Source: Camelus dromedarius
Taxonomy: Eukaryota
DNA: 64,000 nt
Assembly: GCF_036321535.1 (NCBI RefSeq)
Contig: NC_087436.1
Location: 48,052,001-48,116,000 of the forward strand
Direction of reading: 5' to 3'
This document shows, piece after piece, positions 50,972-64,000 of the stretch (position 1 is its first letter; each line of letters begins with the position of its first letter). A program made the position numbers and the translations under genes. The notes below the pieces were generated by a model. It searched no databases, was not told the DNA's origin, and saw only the letters and a program-made list of their open reading frames with translations.

Positions 50972-53431
50972 TGTGGCAGAAAGAATGATGGTTCCCCAAA
51001 GATTTCCATGCTCTAATTCCCAGAGAATATGTTAGGTTACGTGGAAAAGGGGAGTTATGGTTACAGATGAAATTAAGATTGCTAATCAGATGACATGCTG
51101 GGGATATTATCCTGGATTATCTGAGTGGGCGCAATATAGTCTCAAGAGTATTTATAAATGGAAGAGAGAGAATCAGAGAGATGGCAGTGTGAGACGGACT
51201 TGGCCGGGCATCACTGGCTTTTAAGACGGAGAAAGGAGAGAATAAGCAGAGGAAAAAGGACAGCCTCTAGAAGCTAGAAAAGGCAAGGAAATAACTTCCC
51301 TCTTAGAGCCTCCAGATAAGAATCACTCTACCAACATCTTGATCTTAACCTAGTGAGATCTGTTTTGGACTTCTGATCCCCAGAATTGTGAAAGGAATTT
51401 TTGTTGTTCTAACCTAAATTTGTGATAATTTGTCACAGCAACAATGCAAAACTAAAACAGATTTTGGTGCCTGGAAGTGTGGTGCTTCTATATCAAATAC
51501 CTAAAAGGTGGGCATGGCTTTGGAATTGGATGGTAGACAGAGGCTGGAAGAATTCTGAGGAGCATAATAGAAAAAAGCCTGAATTCCCTTGAACAGACTC
51601 CTAGTAGACATATGGATGTTAAAATCTCTGCTAGTGAGGGATGAGATAAAAGGGAGAAGCATGTAACAAAAACATATATTACCTCAAAGAATACTTAAAT
51701 CATCACAAACACACTGTTGGTAAAAATATGGATGTGAAAGGTAGTGCTGGGGAAGAATCTGAAGTAAATGAGGAAAATGTTATTGCAAAGTGGAGGAAAG
51801 AGGATCCTTGTTACACAGGGTAGAAAGCTTAGCAAAACTGTGTTCCACTGTTCTGTGACAAGCAGAATTTTAAATGATGAAATTGTACATTCAGATGAGA
51901 AACTTACCACGCAAAATGTAGATGTGGCCAAGTTCCCTCTTGTGGCTTATAGTAAAATGTAAAATGGAAAAGGGAACTAGAACTTGGTGATTTAAGAAAT
52001 ATTCAGCCTGTTCAGATCACAAAGACACTAAAATTAAGAGATTCCCACTGTCAGAAAAGTGTGTTCTAGAATATAAATTAAGAGTGTGGCTGGATAATCC
52101 TTTGCTAATACCTCAGAAAGATCAGAAAGATGAAAAGGTCAGTATATTCAGTCACAAAGACTCTCTGAAATTATTAAGCATGTGATTCAGATGTCCCCCA
52201 AATCATCTCAGCAGGAGACAAAGATAGATAAGGGATTATCTAGGAAAGACATCAAAGACAATCTTGAAAGATTATCAACTAATGTCTTATCTAATGGAGT
52301 GAATTTCCATGACATACAAAGGAGATCCTCAAGTTTCATACATCAACAAAAACTCAACCAGCTTGAATTAAAAAGGATTGACAGCCCAAATTCTACAAAT
52401 TGTAAATAGTCTGATAAAAATCAGCTATAAAATGAACCACATTTCATAAATAAGGAAAGATAGCTCAGAGTCACCTGAGCTTAGAACCATAGATAATGAA
52501 TTCCAGGCCTTGAAATCAAATGGAGTTCACCTCCCTGGATTTTGAAATTGCTTTGGACGGGTAGTTTATTTTCTCGTTTCTGAATCAGAATGTCTATAAC
52601 TAGTATCTTATGCTTGTCCCACCACTGTGTTTTGGAAGCAAAGTTTATTTCTTGAGTTTCATAAGTTTATAGATGAAAACAGTTGTGTCCCAGGATGAAT
52701 TATAACTGGAGGCTCTCTCATACTAACTGAAATGATGAGATTTTGAATTTTTGAACTAATGAGACTTAGATGCAATTTTGGACTTGATTTAATGCTCTAA
52801 TTAGTTGAGATTTTTGGGAATTTTAGGATGGGATAAATGTTTTTTACATGTGAATCTTTGAGGGGTCAGGGCACACTGAGGAGATAAAAATAACTGCACA
52901 AAGATGTACCTGCCCTAATCCTTGAAAACTATGAATATGTTAGGTTACACGACAATGGGAATTTATGGTTGCAAATGTAGTTAAAGTTACAATGGTTGCA
53001 AATGGAATTAAAGTTACAATGGTTGCAAATGGAATCAGCTGGATTTGAGATGGAGCTATTAACACAGATTATATGGGTGGGCCCAATGTAATCTCAAAGG
53101 TCCTTATATAAGAAAGAGGAAGGCAGAAGAGGGAAAAACACAAGCAATGACAGCATGAGGACGCAGTCTAATACAACTGGCTTTGAAGACAGAGAAGAGG
53201 GGAGCAAGGCAAAGAAAGCACTCAACTCTTAGAAGCTGGAAAAGGCAAGGAAACAGACTCTCTTCTAAAGCCTCCAGAAAGGACTCTCCCTGCTGACACC
53301 TTCATCTTAGCCCAGAGAGATCTATGTTGGTCTTATGACCTATAGGAAACTTTAAGACAATTATTATTTGCGTTGTTTTAAGCCACTAAATTTTTGGTAA
53401 TTTGTCATAGCAACAATAGAAAACTAATACA
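50972..53431 (+). mobile_element. Complete MaLR provirus (MLT1D-like LTR-int-LTR)
   Basis: LTRs at about 50972-51459 and 52866-53431 share motifs (tagaagctggaaaaggcaaggaaa; aatttgtca.agcaacaat...aactaataca); internal region starts gattttggtgcctggaagtgtggtgct. Confidence 0.85.
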
Positions 53432-53629
53432 TTTATATATATTCTCAGTAACCAAAATGATATTAGATATACTGACATCTATCAATTAAAAAAAATGACA
53501 TTTACTGAGCCTATAGAGTTTTCTGGTAAGTTCTTTTGGCATATTAACATTTTAATGTTAATGTTTATGGCATATTAACAATATTAATGTAAATATTGCA
53601 TATTGTAACTTTTCTTTCAAAATTGAAAC

Positions 53630-54445
53630 TGTCTCATTTTATTTTTTTTATTATAGTCAATTTACAATGTTGTGTTAATTTCTGGTATACAGCATAGCAA
53701 TTCAGTTCATATATATAAATAAAAATACATATAAATATATAAAACTACAACTGACCCTTGCCATCTGCCTCTACAAGAATTGGCTCACGTTGGCACTTGC
53801 CATCTAACTCTGCTTGGATTAACTCACAAACCGCTGTAGCTGCTGAACTCTAACATGCTGAAAGGAGTTCAGGATGGAGGTCAGGAATGAGGCACTTTGT
53901 GCTCTGGGAAAACTGGCTGAACAGGCCTTCAGATACTTAGATATTTTCAGGAGATGATTTTATGACCCCAATTCTTGCACCTCCTCATATCTAAAAAAGC
54001 ACTAAAATAATTAACGGTGACATCTGCTCCTAGTGACTAGCAGCAAGTCTCTGCCTAGTTGTGTGCATGACTGCACGTACCCACCTTCACTGAAATCGTA
54101 TATAATACTGGGTATTCCCCCTGCCTCTTTGGAACAGTTTCTCAGAGCTTTCCAGGATGCTGTCTCCTAGGCTATAGTCCTCATTTTGCCCCAAATAAAA
54201 CAACCCATAACTCTCACGTTGTATGATTTTATTTCAGTCTACAACATATATATAAAGGAATATATATGTATATATATATATTCCTTTTCATATTCTTTTT
54301 CACTATAGGCTATTACAAAGGCATTGAATATAGTTCCCTGTGCTATACAGTAGGTCCTTGTTATTCATTTATTTTACATGTAGCAGTTAAAATCTACAAA
54401 TCCCAAGCTTCCAATTTATTCCTCCCCACCCACCCCTTTTTGTCA
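53630..54445 (-). mobile_element. L1 3' end, antisense, split by an LTR
   Basis: atagtcaatttacaatgttgtgttaatttctggtatacagcatag...; resumes atatagttccctgtgctatacagtagg. Confidence 0.8.
53745..54246 (+). mobile_element. ERV1-type solo LTR nested in the L1 3' end
   Basis: GC-richer block with cccaaataaaac, ending tcagtctacaaca, within an AT-repeat of the L1. Confidence 0.65.
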
Positions 54446-56373
54446 CATTTTATTTTATAACTGAATTTACCATAGTTACTTACAGTCTACTTTATTAATC
54501 TAATTTTTATTGACTATCAATGTACCACTTTCTCTAATGTTATCTGTGATATTTAAGAATGTCTATTACTTCCTTCTGTGAACAGCGTAACAGAAAATAT
54601 CTGATTCTTTTAAATTGTTAAGAATGGGCTAGTATCACCCCCACCACCCCCTACTTCCCCTATATTCTATTTAATAGCTACACTTTATTCTAGCATCTAA
54701 ATCATGAGGTAGTCTGAGACAACCTTATTTTTATTTAATCCTTCACAGGTGATATTCTGCCTGAATATTTATAAATCTTCATCACTGCAAATAAAAATCT
54801 CATCAGCCAAAGTATCTGTGCTGATTTTTCCAATTTTTCTGGAATTCAGTAAGTTATTTTTTACTTTTCAGGAAACATTTTAAATCAATTGTTTCTGCAT
54901 CTTTCTTCGGTAACATCAGTTTGCTAATACTTTTCTCTGTATTATCACCCTTTTCTTCTGTCTTATCCCTCTGTATTTATAGTTTTCTTAATTTGAATGA
55001 GTTATAAGCAGTGACAAATTGAGTTCCTGTCACTTATAAAAGAACTGTCCTTGGTCTACCAAATGAGGAAAAGCATAAATCAGAAAAAAAGGAAAACCTT
55101 GGAATGAGATGTCCACAGAGGACTTTGAATACTTTCAATGTATTCTTGGAAATCCAGAAGGCTAAGCACATGCACAGATATTCACGAGCCCAGGGTTCTG
55201 TGTATGCCCAGAAAAAGTCTGAGAAGGTCCTACGGTCTCACCTCTACCTGGCCTTGAGGCTCTGTATAAGCAATAAGTAAAGGCTAAGGAAGAGTGGTTA
55301 ACTGAATCCTGAATCATTAAAGGAATACCCCCACATGCACAGAGAGCTCCTCAGCAAAAGCTGGGAGATGTTTTAGTTCTGGGAATGTAGGATCTTTCTA
55401 TACAATCATAAGCTGATCACTGAGTAGACACTTCAGAGGCTACATGTAGTAAACACATGTTACTTAAGTGGTTCAAGCAAGTCACTAAACAAATGAACAG
55501 TGACAATAACAACAATAACAACTGCTGGGTGTTTGTATAAGAACTGATTTCAGAGCTACCACATAATATTATTTCAAATACATTTACTTTTCAATAAAAA
55601 TCATCAATGTTTCTTATATTCAAAGAAACAAAAAAGTATGTCCTATACATAGGAAAAAGGTCTATAGAAACCAGCCCTGAGGAAACCCAGATATTGTGCT
55701 TACTAGACAAAGACTTTAAAGCTGCTATTTTAGGTGTGTTCAAAGAACTAAAGAAAACCATGTGTAAAGAACTAAAGGAAAGTATGAAAATGATGTCTCA
55801 CAAAAAGAGAGTATCAAAAAATTACCAAATGGAAATGGTGGCATTGAAAATTACTATTTCCAAAGAAAGCCACTGAAAAGAAAATTTTACTAAAGGGACA
55901 CAGTAGGAAATTTGAGTGGGCAGAAGAAAGAATTAGCAAACTTGATGCTAGACCAATTGAGATTGCCCCATTAGAGGAAGAGAAAGAAGAGAAATAAAGA
56001 AAAATGAACAATGCCTCAAATACCTGTGGGAACACCATTTGATGTGCCAACAAAAGCACAATGGGAGTCACAGAAGGAAAGAATAAAGAGACAGGGGCAA
56101 AAAACTTTGAAGACATAATAGCAAAAACATCAAATTTGATGAAAATCACTAATTTATACATTTAAGAAGCTCCATAAACTCCAACTACAATAAAGTCAAA
56201 AAGAGTGGCAACTAGACACAACATAATCAAACTATCAAAAAACAAAGAAAATCTTGAAATCAACAACAGAGAAATAACTCATCATGTACTAGGGGTCTCA
56301 TTAAGATTAACAGTCTCATCAGAAATAATGGAGGCAAAAAGGCAGTGAGATGACATTGAAAAGGAATGAAAGA

Positions 56374-57690
56374 GTAATAAAATACCTAGGAGTAAATCTA
56401 ACCAAAGAGGTGAAAGACATGGAAAACTATAAAACACTGATGAAGGAAATTAAAGAAGACTTTAAAAAATGGAAAGATATCCCATGCTCCTGGATTGGAA
56501 GAATCAATATTGCTAAAATGGTCATACTGCCCAAGGTAATCTACAGATTTAATGCAATCCCTATCAAATTACCCAGGACATATTTCACAGAACTAGAACA
56601 AATCATAACAAAATTTACATGGAACCACAAAAGACCTAGAATTGCCAAAGCATTACTGAAGAAAAAGAAAGAGGCTGGAGGAAAAACTCTCCCAGACTTC
56701 AGACAATACTACAGAGCTACAGTAATCAAGACAGCATGGTACTGGTACAAAAACAGACATATGGACCAATGGAACAGAATAGAGAGCCCAGAAATGAATC
56801 CACAAACTTTTGGTCAATTAATCTTCGACAAAGGAGGCAAGAATATACAATGGAATAAAGACAGTCTCTTCAGCAAATGGTGTTGGGAAAACTGGACAGC
56901 AGCATGTAAATCATTGAAGCTAGAACACTCCCTTAGACCATACACAAAAATCAACTCAAAATGGATCAAAGATTTAAACATAAGACAAGATACAATAAAC
57001 CACCTAGAAGAAAATATACGCAAAACATTACCTAACATACATCTCAAAAATGTTCTCCTAGAACAATATACCCAAGCAATAGAAATAAAAGCAAGAATAA
57101 ACAAATGGGACCTAATGAAAATCACAAGCTTCTGCGCAGCAAAAAAACCCATAAGTAAAACAAAAAGACAACCTATAGAATGGGAGAAAATGTTTGCAAA
57201 TGAAACGCAAAAAGGCTTGATCTCCAGAATATATAAGCAGCTCACACAATTTAGTAAGAAAAAAACAAACAACCTAATCCAAAAATGGGCAGAAGACCTA
57301 AACAAGCAATTCTCCAAGGAGGAAATACAAATGATCAATAGGCACATGAAAAAATGCTCAATATCACTAATTATCAGAGAAATGCAAATCAAAACCACAA
57401 TGAGGGATCACCTCACATCAGTCAGAATGGCCATAATTCAAAAGTCCACAAATGACACATGCTGGAGAAGCTGTGGAGAAAAAGGAACCCTCCTACACTG
57501 CTGGTGGGAATGCAGTTTGGTGCAGCCACTGTGGAAAACAGTATGGAGATTCCTCAAAAGACTAGGAATCGACTTACCGTATGACCCAGGAATCCCGCTC
57601 CTGGGCATATATCCAGAAGGAACCCTACTTCAAAATGATACCTGCACCCCAGTGTTCATAGCAGCACTATTTACAATAGCCAGGACATGA
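56374..57690 (+). pseudogene. L1 ORF2p C-terminal part (RT end to C-terminal Cys-rich domain)
   Basis: ORF 56350-57690: [42 protein letters not shown]. The first codons derive from the host/TSD, and the ORF ends at a premature TGA. Confidence 0.92.
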
Positions 57691-58213
57691 AAACAGCCTA
57701 AATGTCCATCAACAGATGACAAAGAAGAGGTGGTATATTTATACAATGGAATACTATTCAGCCATAAAAACCAACAACATAATGCCATTTGCAGCAACAT
57801 GGATGCTACTAGAGAATGTCGTTCTAAGTGAAGTAAGCCAGAAAGAGAAAGAAAAATGCCATATGAGATCACTCATATGCAGAATCTAAAAAAAAAAAAA
57901 AAAAAACACAAACAAACAAAAAACAAAAATACAAAACAGAAACAGACTCATAGACATAGAATACAAACTTGTGGTTGCCAGGGGGATGGGGGGAGGGACT
58001 GGGATTTCCAAATGTAGAATAGATAAACAAGATTGTACTGTGTAGCACAGGGAAATATATACAGGATCTTGTGGTGGCTCACAGCGGAAGAGAATGTGAC
58101 AATGAATGTATGTATGTTCATGTATAACTGAAAAATTGTGCTCTACACTGGAATTTGACATTGTAAAATGACTATAACTCAATAAAAAATGTTTATATAA
58201 AAAAAAAGAAAGC
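56374..58213 (+). mobile_element. Young 5'-truncated L1 with 14-bp TSD
   Basis: TSD aaaggaatgaaaga at 56360-56373 and 58214-58227; same family 3'UTR as 19500-20150. Confidence 0.92.
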
Positions 58214-61200
58214 AAAGGAATGAAAGAAAAAAAATTAAACTGTCACTCGGGAGTTAAATATGCAGTACAATAATTCTTCAAAAATGGTAGAGAAAGTAAG
58301 AAATTGCCAGATAAATAAAACTTGAGAGAATTCAACACTAATGGTGTGCCCTACAAGAAAAATTAAAGAAAATCTTTCAGGCTAAAATGAAAGGACACTA
58401 AGAATAAGTTAAATGTACATTAAGAAATAAAGGGCATTACGTAGGTAAATATAAAAAAAAAGTATAAAAGTATTTTATTGTAACTTTTCTCCTCCTATCT
58501 GGTTTAATAGACAACTGCATAAAACAATGATTAGAAATCTATGTTAGTAGGTATGTAATGTATACAGTTGTATACAGAGAAGAGAGAAACATAATGACAT
58601 ATAGAAAACAAATAATAAAATGGCAAGCATAAATTCTACCTTATCATCAGTTATATAAAACATAAATGCATTAAAGATGACCATCAACAGACAAAAACTG
58701 AAACAATAGATGGTGAAAAACAAAAACCAAACAATAAAATCCCCTATGATCCAAATATATGCCCCCTAGAAAAGACACGTTTTAGATTTAAAGACGTAAA
58801 TATGTTGATATTAAGAGGATGGAAAAAGATGTAACATGCAACTTATAAAGAAAAGGCTACAATAGCTATACTAATATGAGACATAAACAGACTTTAAGAT
58901 AAAAATTGTTATTAAACGCAAAGAGGGATTTTACACTGATAAAAGTGTCAATCCATTAAAAAAGACAAAACTATAAAAATATATGCATCTAATAACGCAG
59001 CTCTAAGATACTGAGAGAACTGAGAGGAGAAATAGAAAATTCCACAATAGTTGGAGATTTCAGTATCTCATTCTTCATAATCATTCAAGCAACTAGACTG
59101 ATTATCAATTAGAAGTAAATACTTGAGCAACACTACAAATCAACTAGAACTAACAGATTTATAAAATACTCCATCCAAGAAAGGAGAATAAATATTCTTC
59201 TCAAGAGCATATGAGACATTCTTCAGGATATTTTATATGTTGGACCATAAAAAAAGCTTCAAAGAACTTAAAAGCCTCGAAATCATACAAAGTATACTAC
59301 CAACCATGATAGAACAAAATTAAAAATCAAGGACAGAAGAAATCTGAGAAATTTATTAACACGTGGATATCAAACAACATATTTATAAATAATCAATGGG
59401 ACAAAGAAGAAAACACAAGGGAAATTAGAAACTACTTTGAAGTAAATGAAAATAAAAATACAACATTCCAAAACTTACAGGATGTAGCAAAGGCAGTTCT
59501 GAGAGAGAAAATTTATAGCAGTAAATGTATATACTAAAAAAGGCAAAATAAATCAATAACCAAATCTTAGAGGCTTAAAGAAAGAGAGTAAACTAAACCC
59601 CAAGCAAGCAGAAAACTAAGGATATTATAAAGATTAAACAGAAAATAAGTGAAATAGAGATGGGGGCGGGGGGTGGAAATCAACAAAACAAAAAGTAAAT
59701 TCTTAAAAAAAAGATTAGCAAAATTGATCATCCTTCTGCTAGGTTGACCAAGAAATAAAGAAAGCAAAAGTTAAGTTACTAAAATTGGTAATAAAGGAGG
59801 TGACATTATTGTTGACCTAACAGAAGTAAAAATGATAGTAAGTGAACATATGAATACCATTCTATCAAAAGATTAATTAGATAACCTAGAGGAAATGGAG
59901 AGATTCCCATAAAGACACAAAGTACCAAAACTACCTCAAGAAGAAATGGGAACTCTAAATAGAAGTATAATAATGGACTAAATCAGCAATTAAATCCTTC
60001 CCTACAAAGAAAAGCTTATGACAAGAAGATTCCACTGGTATATTCTACATAATATTTACAAAGAATTAACAACAACCCTTCATAAAAATCTTTAAGAGGA
60101 CCACACTCCCTTACTCATTCTCTGAAACTAGTATTACTCTGATACTAAAACCAGACAAAGGTAGCAAAAGAAAAAAAAAAAAAACAACTACAAATATCAC
60201 ACATGAATGTAGACACAAAAATTATCAACAAAATTAGAAGTCAAAATCCTTCAGCATATGAAAGGGATAATACACTATGACCAGTGTGAATGATCTCAGT
60301 AATGCTAGGTTAGTTCAATATAGAAAATCAATCAATGAAATACACCATATTAATAAAATTAAAAATTTTAAATGTAATCATCTCAACAGGTACATAAGAA
60401 CATCTGACAAAACCCAGCACCATTTTATGTTAAAAAATGTTCAATAAATTAGGAATAGAAGGGAATATCTCCAACTTAATCAAGAGCAACTATGGAAAAC
60501 ACACTGTTAATATCATACATAAAGATTAAAGATAGAATCTTTCCCTCTAAGATCAGGAACAGGTCAAAGATGGTCTGTGCTTACCACTTCTAAATACTAC
60601 TGTACTAAAGTTTCTAGCCAGGAAAATTATGTAAGAAAAAGAAAAGGCTTCCAGATTAAAAAGGAAAAAGTAAAATTATTGCTAATCACAAATAACATGA
60701 ACCTGTTAAAGAGGTTCTAGGCAAAATCCTAGGGAATCCATAAAAAAATTAGTAACATTAACATGTTCAGCTAAGTTTTAAGATAAAAGATCAATAAAAA
60801 GCAACTGTATTTCTGTCACTACAATGAACATTCCAAAAGGAAATTTAAAAATTCCATTTGTAATAGGATCAAAACAATAAAATACCTAGGAATAAATTTA
60901 CCAAAAGAAGTGTAAAACTTGTACACTGGAGGCTATAAAACTTCATTGAAAGAAATTAAAGAAGGCCTAAGTAAATGGAAAGATAACTTCTGTGTTCAGG
61001 GATCTGATGTCTTAATATTGTTAGGATGTAATACTCTCCAAATTGATCTACAGAGTCAATGTGATCCCTATCAAAATCCCAGATGCCCTTTTTTCAGAAG
61101 TTTACAAGGTGATCCTAAAATTCATATGAAGTTTAAGAATGCCAGATTACCCAAAACAATCTTAAAAAAGAAGAACAAAGTTGGAGGACTGACACTTTTT

Positions 61201-62171
61201 AATTTCAAAGCTTCTGACCAAAAACAGATAGATCATTTGAATATAACTGAGGGTCCAGAAGTAAATTCTCATACACAATTCATTTTCACCAAAGATGCCA
61301 GGACAATTCAGTGGGTAAAGAAGAGTACAGGGACAGCTGGGTATGGCAATGCAAAATTAGAAAGCTGAACCCCTCCCTTACACCAGACATCAAAATTAAC
61401 ACAAATTAGGTCAGAGATCTAAATGTAAGAGATGAAAGAATAAACTATTGCAAGAAAACAGAAGTATAAATTTTAATAAACTTGATTCGGTAATAGTTTC
61501 TGGTAAATTGTATCAAAAACACAAACCAAAAGAAAAAAATAGATAAACTGGACTTCATCAAAATTAGTAACTTTTGTGCTTCAAAGGACACTGTCCAAAA
61601 AAAAAAAAAAAAAGACAGCCTACAGAATGAAAGAAAATATTTGTAATTCATATATCTGTTAAAAGAAATTATTCACAATTTATAAAGAACTCTTCTAATT
61701 CAACAATAAAAAAGACATTCCAATTTAAAAATAGACAAAGCATTTGAATGGACACTTCTCCTCAAGAAATGGACAATTTGAGTTACAAAATAAGTAAAAT
61801 TGTATGGATTGTAACTCAAAGCATAACATATATATCCATGAGTCCATATATGAAGAAATTGCTAATAAGCATATGAAAAGATGCTCAACATCACTAGCTG
61901 TCAGAGAAATACAAATCGAAACTACAATTAGATAACACTTCACATCCATTATGATAACTAGAATCAAAGAGATGCAAGATACCAAGTTTCTTTTTTTTTC
62001 CCCCCAGGGTGTGGAAAAATGGACTCCTCATGTATCACTGGTGAAAATGTAAAATACTGCAGCTACTTTGGAGAACATTTTGGAAGTTCCTGAAAAGTTA
62101 AACATAGAGTTATCATAATATCCAGCAATCTCACTTTAAAGTTCATAATCACATTAATGATACAATGCCTC

Positions 62172-62397
62172 TAAATTGGGGATTTGAGACTTGCAAATAT
62201 TAACTACTATATATAAAATAGATAAACAACAAGTTTCTTCTGTATAGCACAGGGAACTATATTCAATATCTTGTAGTACTCTATAATGAAAAAAATAATA
62301 TGAAAATGAATGTATGAATGTATATGTATGACTGAAACATTATGCTGTATACCAGAAATTGACACATTGTAAACTGACTATACTTCAAAAAAAAAAG
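62172..62397 (+). mobile_element. Young L1 3' tip inside the old L1
   Basis: ctgtatagcacagggaactat...tgtaaactgactatacttcaaaaaaaaaa. Confidence 0.85.
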
Positions 62398-63113
62398 AAT
62401 ATGCAATTAAAAGAAAGAATGGTGCTACGCAATATATATAATATATCAATGTTTATAGCAACCTATAAACATTTATAATACCCTAAAAGTAGAAACCACT
62501 GAATTGCCCATCAGTTGATGAATGGATAAGAAAAATGTGGTTCATTCATAAAATGAAGTATTATTTCGTCATAAAAGGCAATGAAGTAGTGATATATGCT
62601 ACAACATGATGAACTTTGAGAATATTATGCAAAATGAAAGAGCTTAGGCTCAAAAAGCCACATATTGTAGGATGCCATTCATAAGAAATGTCCAGAATAG
62701 GCAAATTTATACAGACAGAAAGTAGATCAGTGATTTTCAGGGCTACTGTCAAGGAGGATTGAGCACAGGGTTGTTTTTTGTAGGGATGACAAAATTCTGG
62801 GATTTCATAGTGGTAGCAGTTGCACAACATTGTGAATATAACTCAAAAACACAACTGCACACTTCAAAAGGGTAAATTTCATGGCATATGAATTATAGTT
62901 CAATATATTTTTAAGAAGAATAAAGCTGTATTATTTTTTAAAATTAACCATTAAGTGAAAAATGATCCACATTAAAAAATGTAACTGACTTGGAACGATA
63001 TTTTTAGATATTAGAAATTCAAAAAGCTCATTGTTACCCATTTTTTATTAACTTCCTCAGTCTTGATTATGTGTAGTTAACTATAATTCAATATAATTAT
63101 TATTACATTTTAG

Positions 63114-63212
63114 AGCTTTTATATTTGCTTTGACTTGGCTAAGCAAAACAACAAACGTAGCCCACTTACTTTCTATTTTAAATCATCAACTATCACTATT
63201 GAGCCATGATCA
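63114..63212 (+). pseudogene. Pseudo-exon (phase 2-2), open frame
   Basis: tacattttag|A...GATCA|gtaagc; AFIFALTWLSKTTNVAHLLSILNHQLSLLSHD. Confidence 0.5.
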
Positions 63213-63324
63213 GTAAGCAGGTTGATGAAACGTGAAGAACCCTGTGGTCTGTGAAATTACATTTGAGCAACTGCTGCTTTTGGGTAATTTTCCCTCTTAT
63301 AAGAATTTCACCCTGCATAGTAAT

Positions 63325-63570
63325 ATTATAATAATTGTATTTTTGAGCAACCCCTTTGTGCCAAGCACTGTTCCAAATACTACATACATTAACCTACTAA
63401 ACTTCATAATCACCCAATGAAATAGGAATTTTTACAGCTCCCCTATAACAGATGAGAATGATACAGTAACAGCTTAGGTCATTTGCCCAATTTATTAACT
63501 TAATAAATGATGAAGCTAGGATTTTAAAAAAGCGTGTTCTCTCATGTGTTAACCACTGTGCTATGTTTGC
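63325..63570 (-). mobile_element. MIR SINE
   Basis: tttttgagca...tgtgccaagcactgttc...ttaaccactgtgcta. Confidence 0.7.
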
Positions 63571-63709
63571 TCTCTGTGTTATCACAGTTTACGTTTTGTT
63601 CTTAAATTTATAGATCCTAAAATAAAGTGCTGTGGTTATTTTGGATAAATATTTTCGAATGATTAAAGAAAACTATATTTAAATTATTATTTCAAATTTT
63701 TTTTTTAAA

Positions 63710-64000
63710 ATAATCCTTTATCATTCAGAAGTAACTCATGGGCAGGGAGTATGTCAAAGGGACAGAGGAGCCAAACAGAAAGAGCTCTGAAAGCCAGAGC
63801 TAGGACAACTTGAGCTACAAAGTAAAGTACTGGATTATAACTCCAAACATAAAATACATACCAACAAGTCCATAATGATAGAAAGAAATTATTGAATAAA
63901 GAAATAAATGGGAGAGGAGAGGCAAATCTCCCACAGAGACAGATTTCAGATACTTTACGTAGATACTTTTGCCCCCAAGGAGTCGGAGGACAACTCTACT
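63710..64000 (+). mobile_element. L1MC/MD-type 3'UTR fragment
   Basis: gccaaacagaaagagctc...aaagccagagc...aaataaatgggagaggagaggcaaatctccc. Confidence 0.75.

Larger units (their letters stand above)
55030..62925 (+). mobile_element. Old near-full-length L1 (L1MB-like): 5' region, ORF1, ORF2, 3'UTR
   Basis: ORF1 remnant 55607-55876; EN/RT motifs 58700-61400; 3'UTR 62550-62910. Confidence 0.85.
3073..63212 (+). pseudogene. Decayed multi-exon (unprocessed) pseudogene of an unidentified large protein; may extend beyond both window ends
   Basis: About 25 short segments in repeat-free islands, mostly with polypyrimidine-AG acceptors and GT donors. Intron phases are mostly compatible and give a continuous protein-like translation interrupted by in-frame stops, some frameshifts and several degenerate splice sites. 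Exons were picked by eye with no homology search. Confidence 0.65.

Noticed and set aside
56814..57398. 194-aa and similar minus-strand hydrophobic ORFs (also 18546-18932, 37760-38068)
   Set aside because: Antisense shadows of L1 ORF1/ORF2.
56350..57690. 446-aa ORF as a host gene or active L1 ORF2
   Set aside because: It is the C-terminal part of L1 ORF2 in a 5'-truncated copy bounded by a TSD. It lacks the endonuclease and most of the RT, and its ATG comes from flanking DNA.
1..64000. CRISPR arrays, operons or other prokaryotic/viral systems
   Set aside because: No regularly spaced repeat-spacer arrays or dense coding sequence; the sequence is mammalian and repeat-rich.

Overview
AT-rich, CpG-depleted mammalian genomic DNA. 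The organism is probably a cetartiodactyl, most likely a camelid: this is inferred from the L1 3'-end style, a short tRNA-derived SINE, and my finding no ruminant BovB/Bov-A2/Bov-tA or porcine PRE-1 SINEs. Most of the window is interspersed repeat: old and young LINE-1, MIR, L2, MaLR/ERVL/ERV1 LTRs, a Tigger1 and a MER8-like MITE, several of them nested with recognisable target-site duplications (TSDs). There is no intact protein-coding gene, and almost every ORF in the supplied track is L1/Tigger-derived or chance. The repeat-free islands hold a chain of about 25 short + strand segments bounded by AG...GT splice signals. Their intron phases mostly join into one protein-like frame carrying scattered stops, a few frameshifts and degenerate splice sites. 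I read this as a large, decayed multi-exon (unprocessed, possibly unitary) pseudogene spanning essentially the whole window; I could not name it. Other notable items are an ORF1-only 'half-L1'-like young element with perfect TSDs, three L1s with internal deletions ending at AG (possibly spliced), and a probable L1 3' transduction nested four levels deep. Repeat family names come from recalled consensus motifs, not database searches, and repeat boundaries without a TSD/TIR are approximate.
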